From: an uncultured Arcobacter sp. | GTDB lineage: Bacteria > Campylobacterota > Campylobacteria > Campylobacterales > Arcobacteraceae | Direction of reading: 5' to 3' | Assembly: GCA_965140705.1 (NCBI GenBank) | Contig: OZ223300.1 | Span: 288,001 to 352,000 of the forward strand | DNA: 64,000 bases | In this document: in pieces, positions 29,302 through 41,091 of the stretch | Layout: each line of letters opens with the position of its first letter | How positions within the stretch are numbered: position 1 is the stretch's first letter | The notes under the pieces: model-generated | What the model was told of the DNA's origin: nothing | What the model saw: only the letters and a program-made list of their open reading frames with translations | Database searches by the model: none | Translations under genes and position numbers: made by a program

Positions 29302-29742
29302 TTAATTTGCTTTGTAAATTTTATTAACCAATGAGTATAAAGTATCTAATTCTTCGTCACTTAGTACTTCCATCGCTTTATATAAATTTTTTGAATGTTC
29401 TGGAAACACTTTTTCTATAATGTCTTTACCTTTTTGTGTAATTGTTAAAATTGAGGCTCTATTATCTTTTGGATCTTTTATTGAAGTAATCCACTCATCT
29501 CTTTTTAAATTTTTTACTACAACAGTAATATTTCCAGGAGTACTCATAGTAAGTTTTGTTATTGAACCTATATTTAAATTACCTCTATGGTATAGAACTT
29601 CTAAAACCTTAAATTGGTTAAAAGTTAGTCCATGTTGAGATAAATACGAAAGAGTTTTATTTGTTATTTTGAGTGATGCTTTTTCTAATCTAACAACAGT
29701 TCTCATAGATTTATCTGTTCTTTCTCCATAAGTTTTTACCAT
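29302..29742 (-). CDS. MarR family transcriptional regulator
   Basis: LTFNQFKVLEVL, GNITVVVKNL, D..D.R...LT.T.KG. Confidence 0.92.
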   Translation of the reverse strand: MVKTYGERTDKSMRTVVRLEKASLKITNKTLSYLSQHGLTFNQFKVLEVLYHRGNLNIGSITKLTMSTPGNITVVVKNLKRDEWITSIKDPKDNRASILTITQKGKDIIEKVFPEHSKNLYKAMEVLSDEELDTLYSLVNKIYKAN

Positions 29743-29773
29743 TTTTCTTCCTTTAAATTTTAATCAATAAAGC

Positions 29774-30478
29774 CTAGGCTTCTTTCATTTCTATAAATAA
29801 GAAATGTGAATTTGAAATAGCATTAATAGTAATTTTATTTTCTTTAGTGATTTCCATAGCATCACCATAATTTAATTCAATTCCATTAATCGTTGAAGTA
29901 CCTTCTATTTGTACAAAATAAACTTGTCTATTTTTATCGATTTTATACTCAAGTGTTTTATCTTTTTCTAATTCACTTACATAAAAATTAACATCTTGAT
30001 GAATCTTAATTTCTGCATTTCCTTCTTGCGAAGAGACTATATTTAATAATTTATTTTTTCTTTCTTCTTCTAAATATCTTTTTGAACCATAAAGTCTTGG
30101 TAAAGAGCTTTTTGGTGGGATAATCCAAATTTGTAAAAGTCTTAAATCTTTAGTTTTATTAAGATTATATTCACTGTGATAAATACCATCTCCTGCACTT
30201 AAATATTGGACTTCTCCACGTTTTAGTGTCTCTTCATTTCCCATAGAATCTTTGTGTGTAATCTCTCCATCAATAACATAAGAGATTATTTCCATGTTTG
30301 CATGTGGATGCGTACCAAATCCACTATCTGGATGTATAATATCATCATTTATTACTCTTAAAACCCCAAAATTTATATTATTAGGATTTCTATATTCTGC
30401 AAAACTAAAATGGAAACGACTTTCCAACCAACCAAGATTTGATGTTCCCATATTCTCCTTTAAAAGTTTTTTTAACAT
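29774..30478 (-). CDS. Pirin family protein (YhhW-like)
   Basis: GWLESRFHFSFA, GFGTHPH.NMEI, HKDSMGN, SAG.GI.HSEYN, LLQIW. Confidence 0.93.
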   Translation of the reverse strand: MLKKLLKENMGTSNLGWLESRFHFSFAEYRNPNNINFGVLRVINDDIIHPDSGFGTHPHANMEIISYVIDGEITHKDSMGNEETLKRGEVQYLSAGDGIYHSEYNLNKTKDLRLLQIWIIPPKSSLPRLYGSKRYLEEERKNKLLNIVSSQEGNAEIKIHQDVNFYVSELEKDKTLEYKIDKNRQVYFVQIEGTSTINGIELNYGDAMEITKENKITINAISNSHFLFIEMKEA

Positions 30479-30481
30479 AAT

Positions 30482-30985
30482 TTATCCTTTTACTATACTA
30501 GCAAACTGACTAATAATTCTTTGTGAACTCTCAAGATTTAATGCTTTTGTATATGTTGTTAGAATTTCTCTTGGTAAGACTATTGCATTAAGTCTTGTAA
30601 ATTGTGTTCTCATAGCATTTAAAGCATCTTGTCCACCACTACCAGAGTGTGTTGCCAATTGTATTTTTTTAAGAGCAAAAAGTGCTCTAAAGTCATCCCC
30701 TATTCTTGATAACCAAGCAATTGTATTTACTAAAACTGGTGGTAGTGAAAAATTGTACTCAGGTGAAATAAATATAAATCCTTCTGCCTTATTCATTTTT
30801 TCAGATAATTCATGAATCTTTGTGGGAATACCATCATTTTGTTCTTTTAATGTATCGTACATAGGTAGATTTAATTCAACTAAATTAATTATTTCACTTT
30901 CTAAATTTTCACTATTCAATTGTTCTTGTAAATTTTTTGCTAATTTCATATTTTCATTTAAACTTGCTACAAATATTAATATCAT
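30482..30985 (-). CDS. NAD(P)H-dependent FMN reductase
   Basis: LPMYD, SPEYNFSLPPVLVN.IAWLSR, SGSGG. Confidence 0.85.
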   Translation of the reverse strand: MILIFVASLNENMKLAKNLQEQLNSENLESEIINLVELNLPMYDTLKEQNDGIPTKIHELSEKMNKAEGFIFISPEYNFSLPPVLVNTIAWLSRIGDDFRALFALKKIQLATHSGSGGQDALNAMRTQFTRLNAIVLPREILTTYTKALNLESSQRIISQFASIVKG

Positions 30986-31033
30986 AATTTATTCCTTAAA
31001 TATTATTATAAATTTTGAACTTTTTTAATAGTT

Positions 31034-31074
31034 CAACTACTTCGATGTTACCAAGTAAATAACTTGATAACATC
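31034..31074 (-). terminator. Hairpin downstream of yceI (terminator, attenuator or stabiliser); region approximate
   Basis: gatgttaccaagt-aaata-acttgataacatc at about 31044-31074; the single mismatch is a G-U pair on the minus strand. Confidence 0.5.
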
Positions 31075-31081
31075 AGAATGT

Positions 31082-31648
31082 TTATTTTGCTAAAACACCT
31101 TCTAATTCAACATTGATTTTAACAGTTTCTCCAACTAAAACTCCACCAGCTTCTAAAGTTTTATTCCAGTTAAGACCAAAGTCTTTTCTATTGATTTTTC
31201 CTGATAGTTCTAAACCAACTCTTTTATTTCCCCAAGGGTCAGTAACTGTTCCATTATTTTCATAATCAAAAACTACAGGTTTAGTAATACCTCTTATCGT
31301 AAGTTTCCCATATGCTTTATCTCCTTTGATTTTTTCTAAATCAAATGTTAATTCTGGATGATTTGCCGCATCAAAGAAATCAGCAGATTTTAAATGTCCA
31401 TCTCTTTTTGCGTTATCAGTATTGATTGAAGCAACTTCTGCTGTACCTTTTAAGCTTTTTAATGTATTAGTTTTTTCATCAAAAACAAAAGAACCATTAA
31501 ATTTATCAAATTTCCCAGTTACATTTGAAATCATTAAGTGTTTAACTTTAAATCCAAGGTTTGAGTGAACTGTATCAACCTTATATGTTCCTGCAAATAA
31601 TGCACCTGCTGTTAAGATAGAGATTAGTCCTAATTTTACTATGTTCAT
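31082..31648 (-). CDS. yceI: YceI family periplasmic isoprenoid/lipid-binding protein
   Basis: Signal peptide, HS..GF.VKHL, RDGHLKSADFF, G.LTIRG.TK, DPWG, NRKDFGL. Confidence 0.93.
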   Translation of the reverse strand: MNIVKLGLISILTAGALFAGTYKVDTVHSNLGFKVKHLMISNVTGKFDKFNGSFVFDEKTNTLKSLKGTAEVASINTDNAKRDGHLKSADFFDAANHPELTFDLEKIKGDKAYGKLTIRGITKPVVFDYENNGTVTDPWGNKRVGLELSGKINRKDFGLNWNKTLEAGGVLVGETVKINVELEGVLAK

Positions 31649-31663
31649 TTTTTTCCTTTCTTA

Positions 31664-31679
31664 ATTACTAATTAGTAAT
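31664..31679. promoter_or_regulatory. Palindromic operator candidate next to yceI RBS
   Basis: Perfect 16-bp palindrome attactaattagtaat. Confidence 0.6.
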
Positions 31680-31800
31680 ATTTATATTTAGCTTTTTTTA
31701 AAGCAACAACTTCTGAAAACTTTATAAGAATGTATAATTCAAATTGATAAAAGATTACAAAATAAAACTAAAATATAGTTCATTTTGAATCTGTAAAAGA

Positions 31801-31830
31801 ATTATACTACTAATTAGTAGTATTTGTCAA
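31801..31830 (-). promoter_or_regulatory. Sigma70 promoter for the yceI cluster with embedded 20-bp palindrome
   Basis: TTGACA (31830-31825), 18-nt spacer, TATAAT (31806-31801); palindrome atactactaattagtagtat at 31804-31823. Confidence 0.7.
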
Positions 31831-31836
31831 GTAAAA

Positions 31837-31866
31837 TTGCCTAAAAAAGTAAAATTCTTTAGGCAA
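31837..31866 (-). terminator. Hairpin after the histone-like gene
   Basis: ttgcctaaa...tttaggcaa, followed by TTTT on the minus strand. Confidence 0.5.
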
Positions 31867-31873
31867 ATATTAT

Positions 31874-32059
31874 TTAAGCGGCTTTTTTAGCTATTTTTTT
31901 AGCAACTTTTTTTGCAGCTTTTGGTTTAGTAAGTTTTAACTTAGAAACTTTTTTAGTGATTTTTTTAGCTATTTTTTTAGCCGGTTTTTTCTTAGCAACT
32001 TTTGACGCAGCTTTTTTAGCTATTTTAGAAACTTTTTTTTCTTTTAATACTTTTGACAT
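31874..32059 (-). CDS. Small Lys/Ala-rich histone H1-like protein (61 aa; start re-called at ATG 32059)
   Basis: MSKVLKEKKVSKIAKKAASKVAKKKPAKK...; AAGGAA RBS; repeated (I/V)AKK units. Confidence 0.75.
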   Translation of the reverse strand: MSKVLKEKKVSKIAKKAASKVAKKKPAKKIAKKITKKVSKLKLTKPKAAKKVAKKIAKKAA

Positions 32060-32114
32060 GTTATTCCTTTTAATTTTATCTATTACTTCTTTATAAAAGT
32101 AATATAATATAGAC

Positions 32115-32143
32115 ATTGTATAGAATATTTTTATGTTTGTCAA
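32115..32143 (-). promoter_or_regulatory. Sigma70 promoter of the histone-like gene
   Basis: TTGACA (32143-32138), 17-nt spacer, TACAAT (32120-32115). The TTG used as a start by the ORF track is part of this -35. Confidence 0.65.
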
Positions 32144-32257
32144 GTTTTTTACACAAATATTAATAAAAATTTTCTAATTTATGTTTAACCAATTAATAAT
32201 ATATTTTTAGATAAAATCTATCGTTTTACTCAAATGAAAGAAAATTAAGGAAAATAA

Positions 32258-33366
32258 ATGTTATTGACTCCAGGTCCTACTCCAGTACCAGAATTTGTAA
32301 GAAAAGCTATGGCTGATATTACTATTCATCATAGAACACCAGAGTTTGAATCTATTTTTGGACAAACTAGAGAATTATTATTAGAATTATACGGAATGGA
32401 TGAGGTTGTGATGCTTGCTTCTAGCGGAACAGGTGCAATGGAAGCTTGTATTACAAACTTAGTAAGTAAAAAAGCTCTTACAATTAATTCAGGTAAATTT
32501 GGTGAGAGATTTGGGAAAATTTGCAAAGCTTATAATTTACCTTATACTGAAATAAAAAATGAATGGAATACTCCTGTTAGTGTTGAAGAAGTAATGGAAA
32601 CATTAAAAAATGACGGTGAGATTGATGCTATATTTATACAAATTTGTGAAAGTGCTGGAGGGCTTAGACATCCAGTAGAAGAACTAGCTAAACAAGTAAA
32701 AGAGTTTAATAAAAATATTATGATTGTAGCTGATGGAATTACTGCTATTGGTGTAGAAAAAATTGATACAACAAATCTTGATGCTGTAATTACTGGTAGT
32801 CAAAAAGCACTAATGCTTCCTCCTGGTCTTGCTATGATTGGATTAAGTAATGCGGCTGTTGAAAAAATACAAACTTTAGCAAAAGGGTATTATTTTAATT
32901 TAGCAACAGAGATAAAAGCACAAAAGACAAATACTACAGCTTGGACAGCAGCAACAACTTTAATCATTGGATTAAAAGAGATTTTAACGCATATAAAAAA
33001 TAATGGTGGATTTGAAGTACTTTATGAAAAAACAGCTTTAAGAGCAAAAGCTACAAGAGAGGCTTTAAAAGCAATTGGTTGTGAAATATATCCAAAAATA
33101 CCAGCTGATGCTATGACAACAGTTTATACAGAAAATGCACCAGCTATTAGAAAACTTTTAAAAACAAAATATAATGTAAATATTGCAGGTGGACAAGATC
33201 ATATTAAAAATTCTATCTTTAGAATCAATCATATGGGGCTTGTAGAAGACTTTGAAGCTGCTTGGGCTGTAAATGCAGTAGAGTTAGCAATGGATGAATT
33301 AGGTCTTAGAGAATTTGATGGGACAGCAAATAAAACATTTGCATTGGTTACTTTTAAAGGTAATGA

Positions 33367-33370
<4 letters not shown>
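32258..33370 (+). CDS. Class V PLP aminotransferase (alanine-glyoxylate / serine-pyruvate family)
   Basis: LLTPGPTPVP, SSGTGAME, GKFGERF, GSQKALMLPPGL, FRINHMG. Confidence 0.9.
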
Positions 33371-35471
<2,101 letters not shown>

Positions 35472-35476
35472 CATTT

Positions 35477-36028
35477 ATGAAAATGAAATTACATCATACA
35501 CCATATATCGCAAGAAGAATATCAAGAGATTTGGTAAATTGTGAATTTGTAGAAGTAAGAAAAACTAAAGAAGAAATCACAAAAGAAGTAGAAAGAATTT
35601 TAGATATAGATATCGAAAAAGAGCATGACTTAGATGAAAAAGTTGATGAGATATTAGCAGAACAAGCTGAAGAAATAGAATTTTTAAATGCTGATTATAG
35701 ACAACTTTTTTGGATGACTAAAAAAAGACTTGCAAATGAGTTTGGAGTAATATTAAATAATGATGATAGATTTTCAGATATTTCTCATCAATTATTAGAT
35801 TTTCTTTGGGAAGAGGATTATATTCATTATACTGTTTCAGACAATAAAGTTAAAAATATAATTTTTGATTCTATTAGTCAATTCTTAGAAGGTTTTGAAA
35901 AAGCCGATGATGCAGTATTTGAAAAAATTAAAAACTATAAAAGAAAATTGATACAAGGTACAGACGAATATGACATTGTTTATCATAGATTATATGAAGA
36001 AGAGTTAATAAAAAGAGGGTTAATGTAA
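35477..36028 (+). CDS. DUF507 family protein
   Basis: Acidic helical protein ending LYEEELIKRG; purA-DUF507-carA order is typical of this phylum (recalled). Confidence 0.75.
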   Translation: MKMKLHHTPYIARRISRDLVNCEFVEVRKTKEEITKEVERILDIDIEKEHDLDEKVDEILAEQAEEIEFLNADYRQLFWMTKKRLANEFGVILNNDDRFSDISHQLLDFLWEEDYIHYTVSDNKVKNIIFDSISQFLEGFEKADDAVFEKIKNYKRKLIQGTDEYDIVYHRLYEEELIKRGLM

Positions 36029-36029
36029 T

Positions 36030-37148
36030 ATGCAAAAAGTATGGATATATTTAGAAAATGGGACATTTCTAGAAGCAAATTCTTTTGGTGCAAAAGGTAC
36101 AACAGTGGGAGAGATTGTATTTAATACATCTTTAACTGGGTATCAAGAAATAATCACAGATCCAAGTTATGCTGGACAATTTGTTACTTTTACTATGCCA
36201 GAAATTGGAAATGTAGGGGTAAATAAAGATGATATGGAAAGTAGTACAGCCTTTTGCAAAGGTATTATAGTTAGAAATTATCATCATGAATACTCTAATT
36301 ATAGAGGTGAAACTGATTTATGCTCTTTATTAAAAGAACACAACGTTTTAGGTATAAAAGATATTGATACTAGATATTTAACTAAAATGATTAGAGATGA
36401 AGGTGCAATGATGATGATTGCATCTACAGAAATTTCAAATAAAGAAGAATTAGCTAAACAATTAGCTGCAAGTCCTAGAATTGAAGATATTAATTATATA
36501 GAAGAAGTTAGTACAAAAGAGCCATATATACATAAAAATGGAGCTTGGAATCATCAAATTCTTTCTTACAATAAAGCTGTAATGAGTGATAAAAAAATAG
36601 TTGTTATAGATTTTGGTGTAAAAAGAAATATCTTAAATGAGTTAGTTGAATCAGGACTTGAAGTTGAAGTTGTTCCTTCATCATTTAAAGCTGATGAATT
36701 AATAGCTAGATATGAAGCAAAAGAAATTGGTGGGGTGTTTTTATCAAATGGTCCAGGGGATCCTCTTACTTTAGTAAAAGAGAAAGAAGAAGTTCAAAAA
36801 TTAATTGCTACAGATATTCCTATTATTGCAATTTGTTTAGGACACCAAATGCTTTCTATTGCACATGGTTTTGATACATATAAATTAAAATTTGGACAAC
36901 ATGGTGGTAACCATCCTGTAGCAAATAATGGAGTAGTTGAAATAACTGCACAAAATCATAATTATAGTGTTCCTGATGATATTATAAAAATTGCAGAAGT
37001 AACTCATAAAAATCTATTTGATGATACAATTGAAGGTGTAAGATATATCAATAAGAATATTTATTCAGTTCAACACCATCCAGAAGCTAGTCCTGGTCCT
37101 CATGACTCAAAATATATCTTTAAGCAATTTGCAGAGATGATAAAGTAA
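36030..37148 (+). CDS. carA: Carbamoyl-phosphate synthase small subunit
   Basis: GEIVFNTSLTGYQE..TDPSYAGQ, LSNGPGDP, ICLGHQ, QNH.Y, QHHPEASPGPHD. Confidence 0.97.
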   Translation: MQKVWIYLENGTFLEANSFGAKGTTVGEIVFNTSLTGYQEIITDPSYAGQFVTFTMPEIGNVGVNKDDMESSTAFCKGIIVRNYHHEYSNYRGETDLCSLLKEHNVLGIKDIDTRYLTKMIRDEGAMMMIASTEISNKEELAKQLAASPRIEDINYIEEVSTKEPYIHKNGAWNHQILSYNKAVMSDKKIVVIDFGVKRNILNELVESGLEVEVVPSSFKADELIARYEAKEIGGVFLSNGPGDPLTLVKEKEEVQKLIATDIPIIAICLGHQMLSIAHGFDTYKLKFGQHGGNHPVANNGVVEITAQNHNYSVPDDIIKIAEVTHKNLFDDTIEGVRYINKNIYSVQHHPEASPGPHDSKYIFKQFAEMIK

Positions 37149-37212
37149 ATTTTATTCTTCACTTTTGTGAAGAATAAAAGCAATAAAATGAACTGTATAT
37201 TGAAGGAATAAA

Positions 37213-37704
37213 ATGAAAACTCTAGAAAATAATACAGATGATACTAACAAAAAAGAAATTGATGCAATGAAAATGTTACTTAAACTAAGTAACAAAATTC
37301 CATTTTTCTCTATTTTAAGCAAAGATGAAATTGAAGAAATAATCACAGAAGTAAAAATTATAACATACAAAAATAAAGAGATTATATTTCAAGAGGGGGA
37401 GACTACTAGAAATTATATATATTATTTATTAAAAGGTAAACTTTACATAAATAGAAAAAAGCAAATAGATGCAAGGTCAAGTGTTAGAATTGCCACTATT
37501 GATAAACCAGCGCTATTTGGTGAGATGATGAGACTTACAGGAGAACCTAGAAGTGCTACTGTTGAGTCAAGAGAGTCTAATACAATAGTTTTAGCCTTTA
37601 GAATTAAAGACTTCAAAGAACAAACTAGTATTTCGAAATTTTATAAAAATGTTATTATGGAATTATCTGCAAAAATTGTACAGATGAACAAAAAACACTA
37701 TTAA
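37213..37704 (+). CDS. Stand-alone cyclic nucleotide-binding domain protein
   Basis: IPFFS.L, IFQEGE, FGEM, PRSATV; no HTH. Confidence 0.82.
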   Translation: MKTLENNTDDTNKKEIDAMKMLLKLSNKIPFFSILSKDEIEEIITEVKIITYKNKEIIFQEGETTRNYIYYLLKGKLYINRKKQIDARSSVRIATIDKPALFGEMMRLTGEPRSATVESRESNTIVLAFRIKDFKEQTSISKFYKNVIMELSAKIVQMNKKHY

Positions 37705-38175
37705 TTAAAGTACAAATTTTAATAATAATTGATATACAAAAGCAGAAGCAATACCAGCTGCAAGTCCTGCAACTAAATCATCACCCATAACTCCCCAACC
37801 ACCTTTTACATCCCTATCAATTCTACCAATAATTGATGGTTTCCAAATGTCAAAAAGTCTAAAGAACAAAAATGCTAAGGGTGCAAGATAAAACATATTT
37901 TCATTTGTAATACCACAAATTGAAAGTGCAAGCCACATTCCAGCTAATTCGTCTATGACAATCTCTTTTCCATCATGTATACCAACTTCTTCTTCATAGA
38001 TATTGATTTGTTTAATAGCAATTGCTGAAATTAAAAGAGAGAGTAAAAAAAGTGTTGATACATGGATATATTGTAGAAGAAATAGACCCAAAATCAGTGC
38101 AACAAAACTACCAACAGTACCTGGAGCTTTAGGAGATAGTCCACTATAAAAAAGAGTTAAAAAAGCTTTTCTCAT
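37705..38175 (-). CDS. pgpA: Phosphatidylglycerophosphatase A
   Basis: SPKAPGTVGS, IVIDELAGM, FRLFDIWKP, GVMGDDLVAG. Confidence 0.95.
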   Translation of the reverse strand: MRKAFLTLFYSGLSPKAPGTVGSFVALILGLFLLQYIHVSTLFLLSLLISAIAIKQINIYEEEVGIHDGKEIVIDELAGMWLALSICGITNENMFYLAPLAFLFFRLFDIWKPSIIGRIDRDVKGGWGVMGDDLVAGLAAGIASAFVYQLLLKFVL

Positions 38176-39059
38176 TATTTTTTCTTCTCAATTCCCAATT
38201 TTTTTCTTTTTTCCCAAAGTGATTTTCTAGAAATACCAAGTTTTTTAGATAACTCAGTATCAGGATATTTTGATTGAAAAGATATAACCATCATCTTAAC
38301 ATAGTCATTTATTGTCATAATATTATTATTTAGCATAAACATATCAGGTCTCATAAATTCAATTTTTGGGAATGGAAAATCAACTTCTTTTTCTAAAGAG
38401 CTAATAATACAATTCTTATGCTCTATTGCAATACAAACATTATCCTTAGCACTTTTCTTTAAGGTATGATAATCAGTTAAGTAAACTACTTCTTTATTGG
38501 TAATTGTTGATAATTCTTTTTGCCAAGTTGGACTATCAAGGGCTATAAATCTAATTGGTAATTTTAAAGATTTTGATATTTCAAAAGCCAATTTATCAGT
38601 ACATCTTTGAGAATTTGTTTCCACAAGCATTGGAAGAGAGTGAGAGATATTAACACCAGTTGTATCTATCTCTTCAAGAAGAAATTCAACATATGTTTTA
38701 AGAGTAGATAACTCCTGTTTCATCTGTCTACACTCTTTATAGTGATAAATTTTTCTAATTAATTCATCCATAATAAATGGCTTCATAATATAATCTTTTG
38801 CTCCCTCATTAATTGGCTCAGTAACAGTTTCATCACTAATATAAGAAACAAGCAAGATTATAATAGAGTTTTTATATTTTTGAATAGTTTTTTTTACCAT
38901 TTCACTAGGGAGCGAAGTTGATAATAAAACCATATCGTAATCTTTGGTTAAATTATTATTTGGCATTTCAACAAAATCACAAGAATGACCATCATCAAGT
39001 ATTCTTGAAACAACTTTTTGTGCTAGATAAATTTCATTTTCTATTATTAATATATTCAT
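38175..39059 (-). CDS. Atypical response regulator of the HP1021/Cj1608 (CemR) type
   Basis: Receiver with Ser (VLLST) where the phospho-Asp normally sits, GAKDYIMKPF, C-terminal Fis-type HTH (PDTELSKKLGISRKSLWEKRKK); ispDF-RR-pgpA order. Confidence 0.82.
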   Translation of the reverse strand: MNILIIENEIYLAQKVVSRILDDGHSCDFVEMPNNNLTKDYDMVLLSTSLPSEMVKKTIQKYKNSIIILLVSYISDETVTEPINEGAKDYIMKPFIMDELIRKIYHYKECRQMKQELSTLKTYVEFLLEEIDTTGVNISHSLPMLVETNSQRCTDKLAFEISKSLKLPIRFIALDSPTWQKELSTITNKEVVYLTDYHTLKKSAKDNVCIAIEHKNCIISSLEKEVDFPFPKIEFMRPDMFMLNNNIMTINDYVKMMVISFQSKYPDTELSKKLGISRKSLWEKRKKLGIEKKK

Positions 39060-40183
39060 TTATTTTTCCAATCAAAATATTTCAATGTTGCAACACTATG
39101 AACTGTAACACCTTCACTTCTTCCTACAAACCCAAGTTTTTCTGCAGTTGTTGCTTTCACATTAACATATTGCATCTGAATATTCAAAAGTTGTGCCATA
39201 GATTTCTTAATTTTAAATTTAAAAGGGTTTATTTTAGGTTTTTGTGCAAGGATTGTAAAATCTACATTTACTATTTCATATCCAACATCATAAATAAATT
39301 TTACTATTTTTTGAAGTAAGATTTTTGAGTCTATATTTTTATATTCATCCTCAGTATCTGGGAAAAACTCTCCAATATCACCTGCCCCACAAGCTCCTAG
39401 AAGTGCATCAATTACTGAATGAATTAATACATCACCATCACTGTGAGCTTTAAATCCTACATTACTGTCAATTTTAACTCCACCAAGTACCATTTGTTTA
39501 TTCTCTTCAAAGGCATGAATATCTATTCCAAATCCAGTAAAGAAATTATTTGAAGGTCCTTCAAGACAAGGGTTTGATTTAAGATCTTCTTGAAAAGTTA
39601 GTTTATTGCTTTTTATACTTCCATTTATATAATAAATAGATTCATTGATATTTTTTATGGCAGAACTATCGTCTGTAAAAAAAGTATCAGTATCAAGCGC
39701 TTTTTTTAAAATTTCTGTTTTTGAAAGTTGGGGAGTTTGTATGAGTTTGACTTCATCCCTATTGATTGTCTCATTTTTAAATACAACAGTATCTGATACA
39801 TTTAAAGCAGGAACAATACATGAAGCTTTTTCTTTGTTTGAAATTAGATCTAAAATAACATTTTCAGGTACACATGCTCTAGCCACATCAGTAACCATTA
39901 CATACTCAGAATCAATTGTTCTTAGAGCATTTGACATGGAATCTTGTCTAGTTTCTCCACCCAAAATAAAATCATATTCATCTGAAAAATTTTTCATGTA
40001 AGATAATTCATCTTTTGAAGATGTAATAACTACTTTGTCAAAATTATAATAAGAAGTAATTTTTTTAGTAACAAATAACCATAGTGGAATATCTCCTACT
40101 CTTAACCACTGTTTCTTACTACTAAGCCCAAATCTAGTAGAATTCCCAGCACATAATACCAATAAAGTAACTTTAGACAACAA
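39056..40183 (-). CDS. ispDF: Bifunctional IspD/IspF
   Basis: AGNSTRFG..KKQW, GGETRQDS, DVAR, IQTPQ, TDD; G.DIHAF, HSDGDV..H...DALLGA...GDIG, KATTAEKLGF.GR.EG. Confidence 0.96.
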   Translation of the reverse strand: MLSKVTLLVLCAGNSTRFGLSSKKQWLRVGDIPLWLFVTKKITSYYNFDKVVITSSKDELSYMKNFSDEYDFILGGETRQDSMSNALRTIDSEYVMVTDVARACVPENVILDLISNKEKASCIVPALNVSDTVVFKNETINRDEVKLIQTPQLSKTEILKKALDTDTFFTDDSSAIKNINESIYYINGSIKSNKLTFQEDLKSNPCLEGPSNNFFTGFGIDIHAFEENKQMVLGGVKIDSNVGFKAHSDGDVLIHSVIDALLGACGAGDIGEFFPDTEDEYKNIDSKILLQKIVKFIYDVGYEIVNVDFTILAQKPKINPFKFKIKKSMAQLLNIQMQYVNVKATTAEKLGFVGRSEGVTVHSVATLKYFDWKNK

Positions 40184-40269
40184 TACCCCTTGTGTAAAAA
40201 AGTTACAAATTATAACTAATGTTACTTATGAAAAATTTAAGTTAGAAAATTAGTTAATTTTAATTAAAA

Positions 40270-41091
40270 TTATTGGTCATTAATCTTTTCTTTGATTTTA
40301 TCAATAGCATTTACTAAAGGTTCAATTTCAAAGTTATATTTTGTTGCTAATTCTAAAGCTCTTTCAACTTGTTCATCACCCAATGGATTTCGTATATCTG
40401 TTAAAATTTTTACTATTTCAAGTATTTTTACTTTTCGTTGATATTCTTCTGGGCATTGTTGTATATTACCTACAAATCCAATAGTAAAAATAAGATTATG
40501 ACTTAAGTTCCAGTGCTTGAAAATATTTGCAGTAATTCTAGAACATGAAAAACCAGTGAAAGCCTCTTCAATACTAGATAAGCTTCCTTCTGCTGTTTTT
40601 AAAGCTTCTTGAAACTCTTCTGTTTTATTTTGTTCTTGAATTATTTCAGAGATAATGAATTTACCAGTTTCTTGCAAAAATGCTGGTAACAATAAATCTT
40701 CTTTAAGTCCGAAGTCAATTTCACCTACCCAATTATTGATAATATTTGATGCTAAGTTTGATGCCATCAAGAAATCATCAGTTGATATATTATAGGCATT
40801 TAAATTTGATTTTATTAAATCTTGAACAACTGAACCTAAAGCAATAGAAATAGTAAAATTTATTCCAAGTAAATTTACAGCTCGGCTTGGAGTCTCCACT
40901 TCACTTCTAAATCCAAACATTGCAGAGTTGGCAACTCTTAGAAGAGTTGTAATAATAAGTGGATCTTGTTCAATAATCTTTAAAAGTTCGGCAGGTTCTT
41001 TTTCTGGTCGTCTTCTAAAGTTTTCTAACTCGATAACACTATTTGGTAAAGGTGGTAACGATTCTATTTTTTCTATAATATCATTTTTCAT
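40270..41091 (-). CDS. HDOD domain protein
   Basis: SLPPLP, DP......LRVANSA.FG, AV.LLG, HWNL. Confidence 0.88.
   Translation of the reverse strand: MKNDIIEKIESLPPLPNSVIELENFRRRPEKEPAELLKIIEQDPLIITTLLRVANSAMFGFRSEVETPSRAVNLLGINFTISIALGSVVQDLIKSNLNAYNISTDDFLMASNLASNIINNWVGEIDFGLKEDLLLPAFLQETGKFIISEIIQEQNKTEEFQEALKTAEGSLSSIEEAFTGFSCSRITANIFKHWNLSHNLIFTIGFVGNIQQCPEEYQRKVKILEIVKILTDIRNPLGDEQVERALELATKYNFEIEPLVNAIDKIKEKINDQ

Noticed and set aside
32060..32143. N-terminal 28-aa extension of the histone-like ORF from TTG 32143
   Set aside because: That TTG is the -35 hexamer; the RBS precedes ATG 32059.
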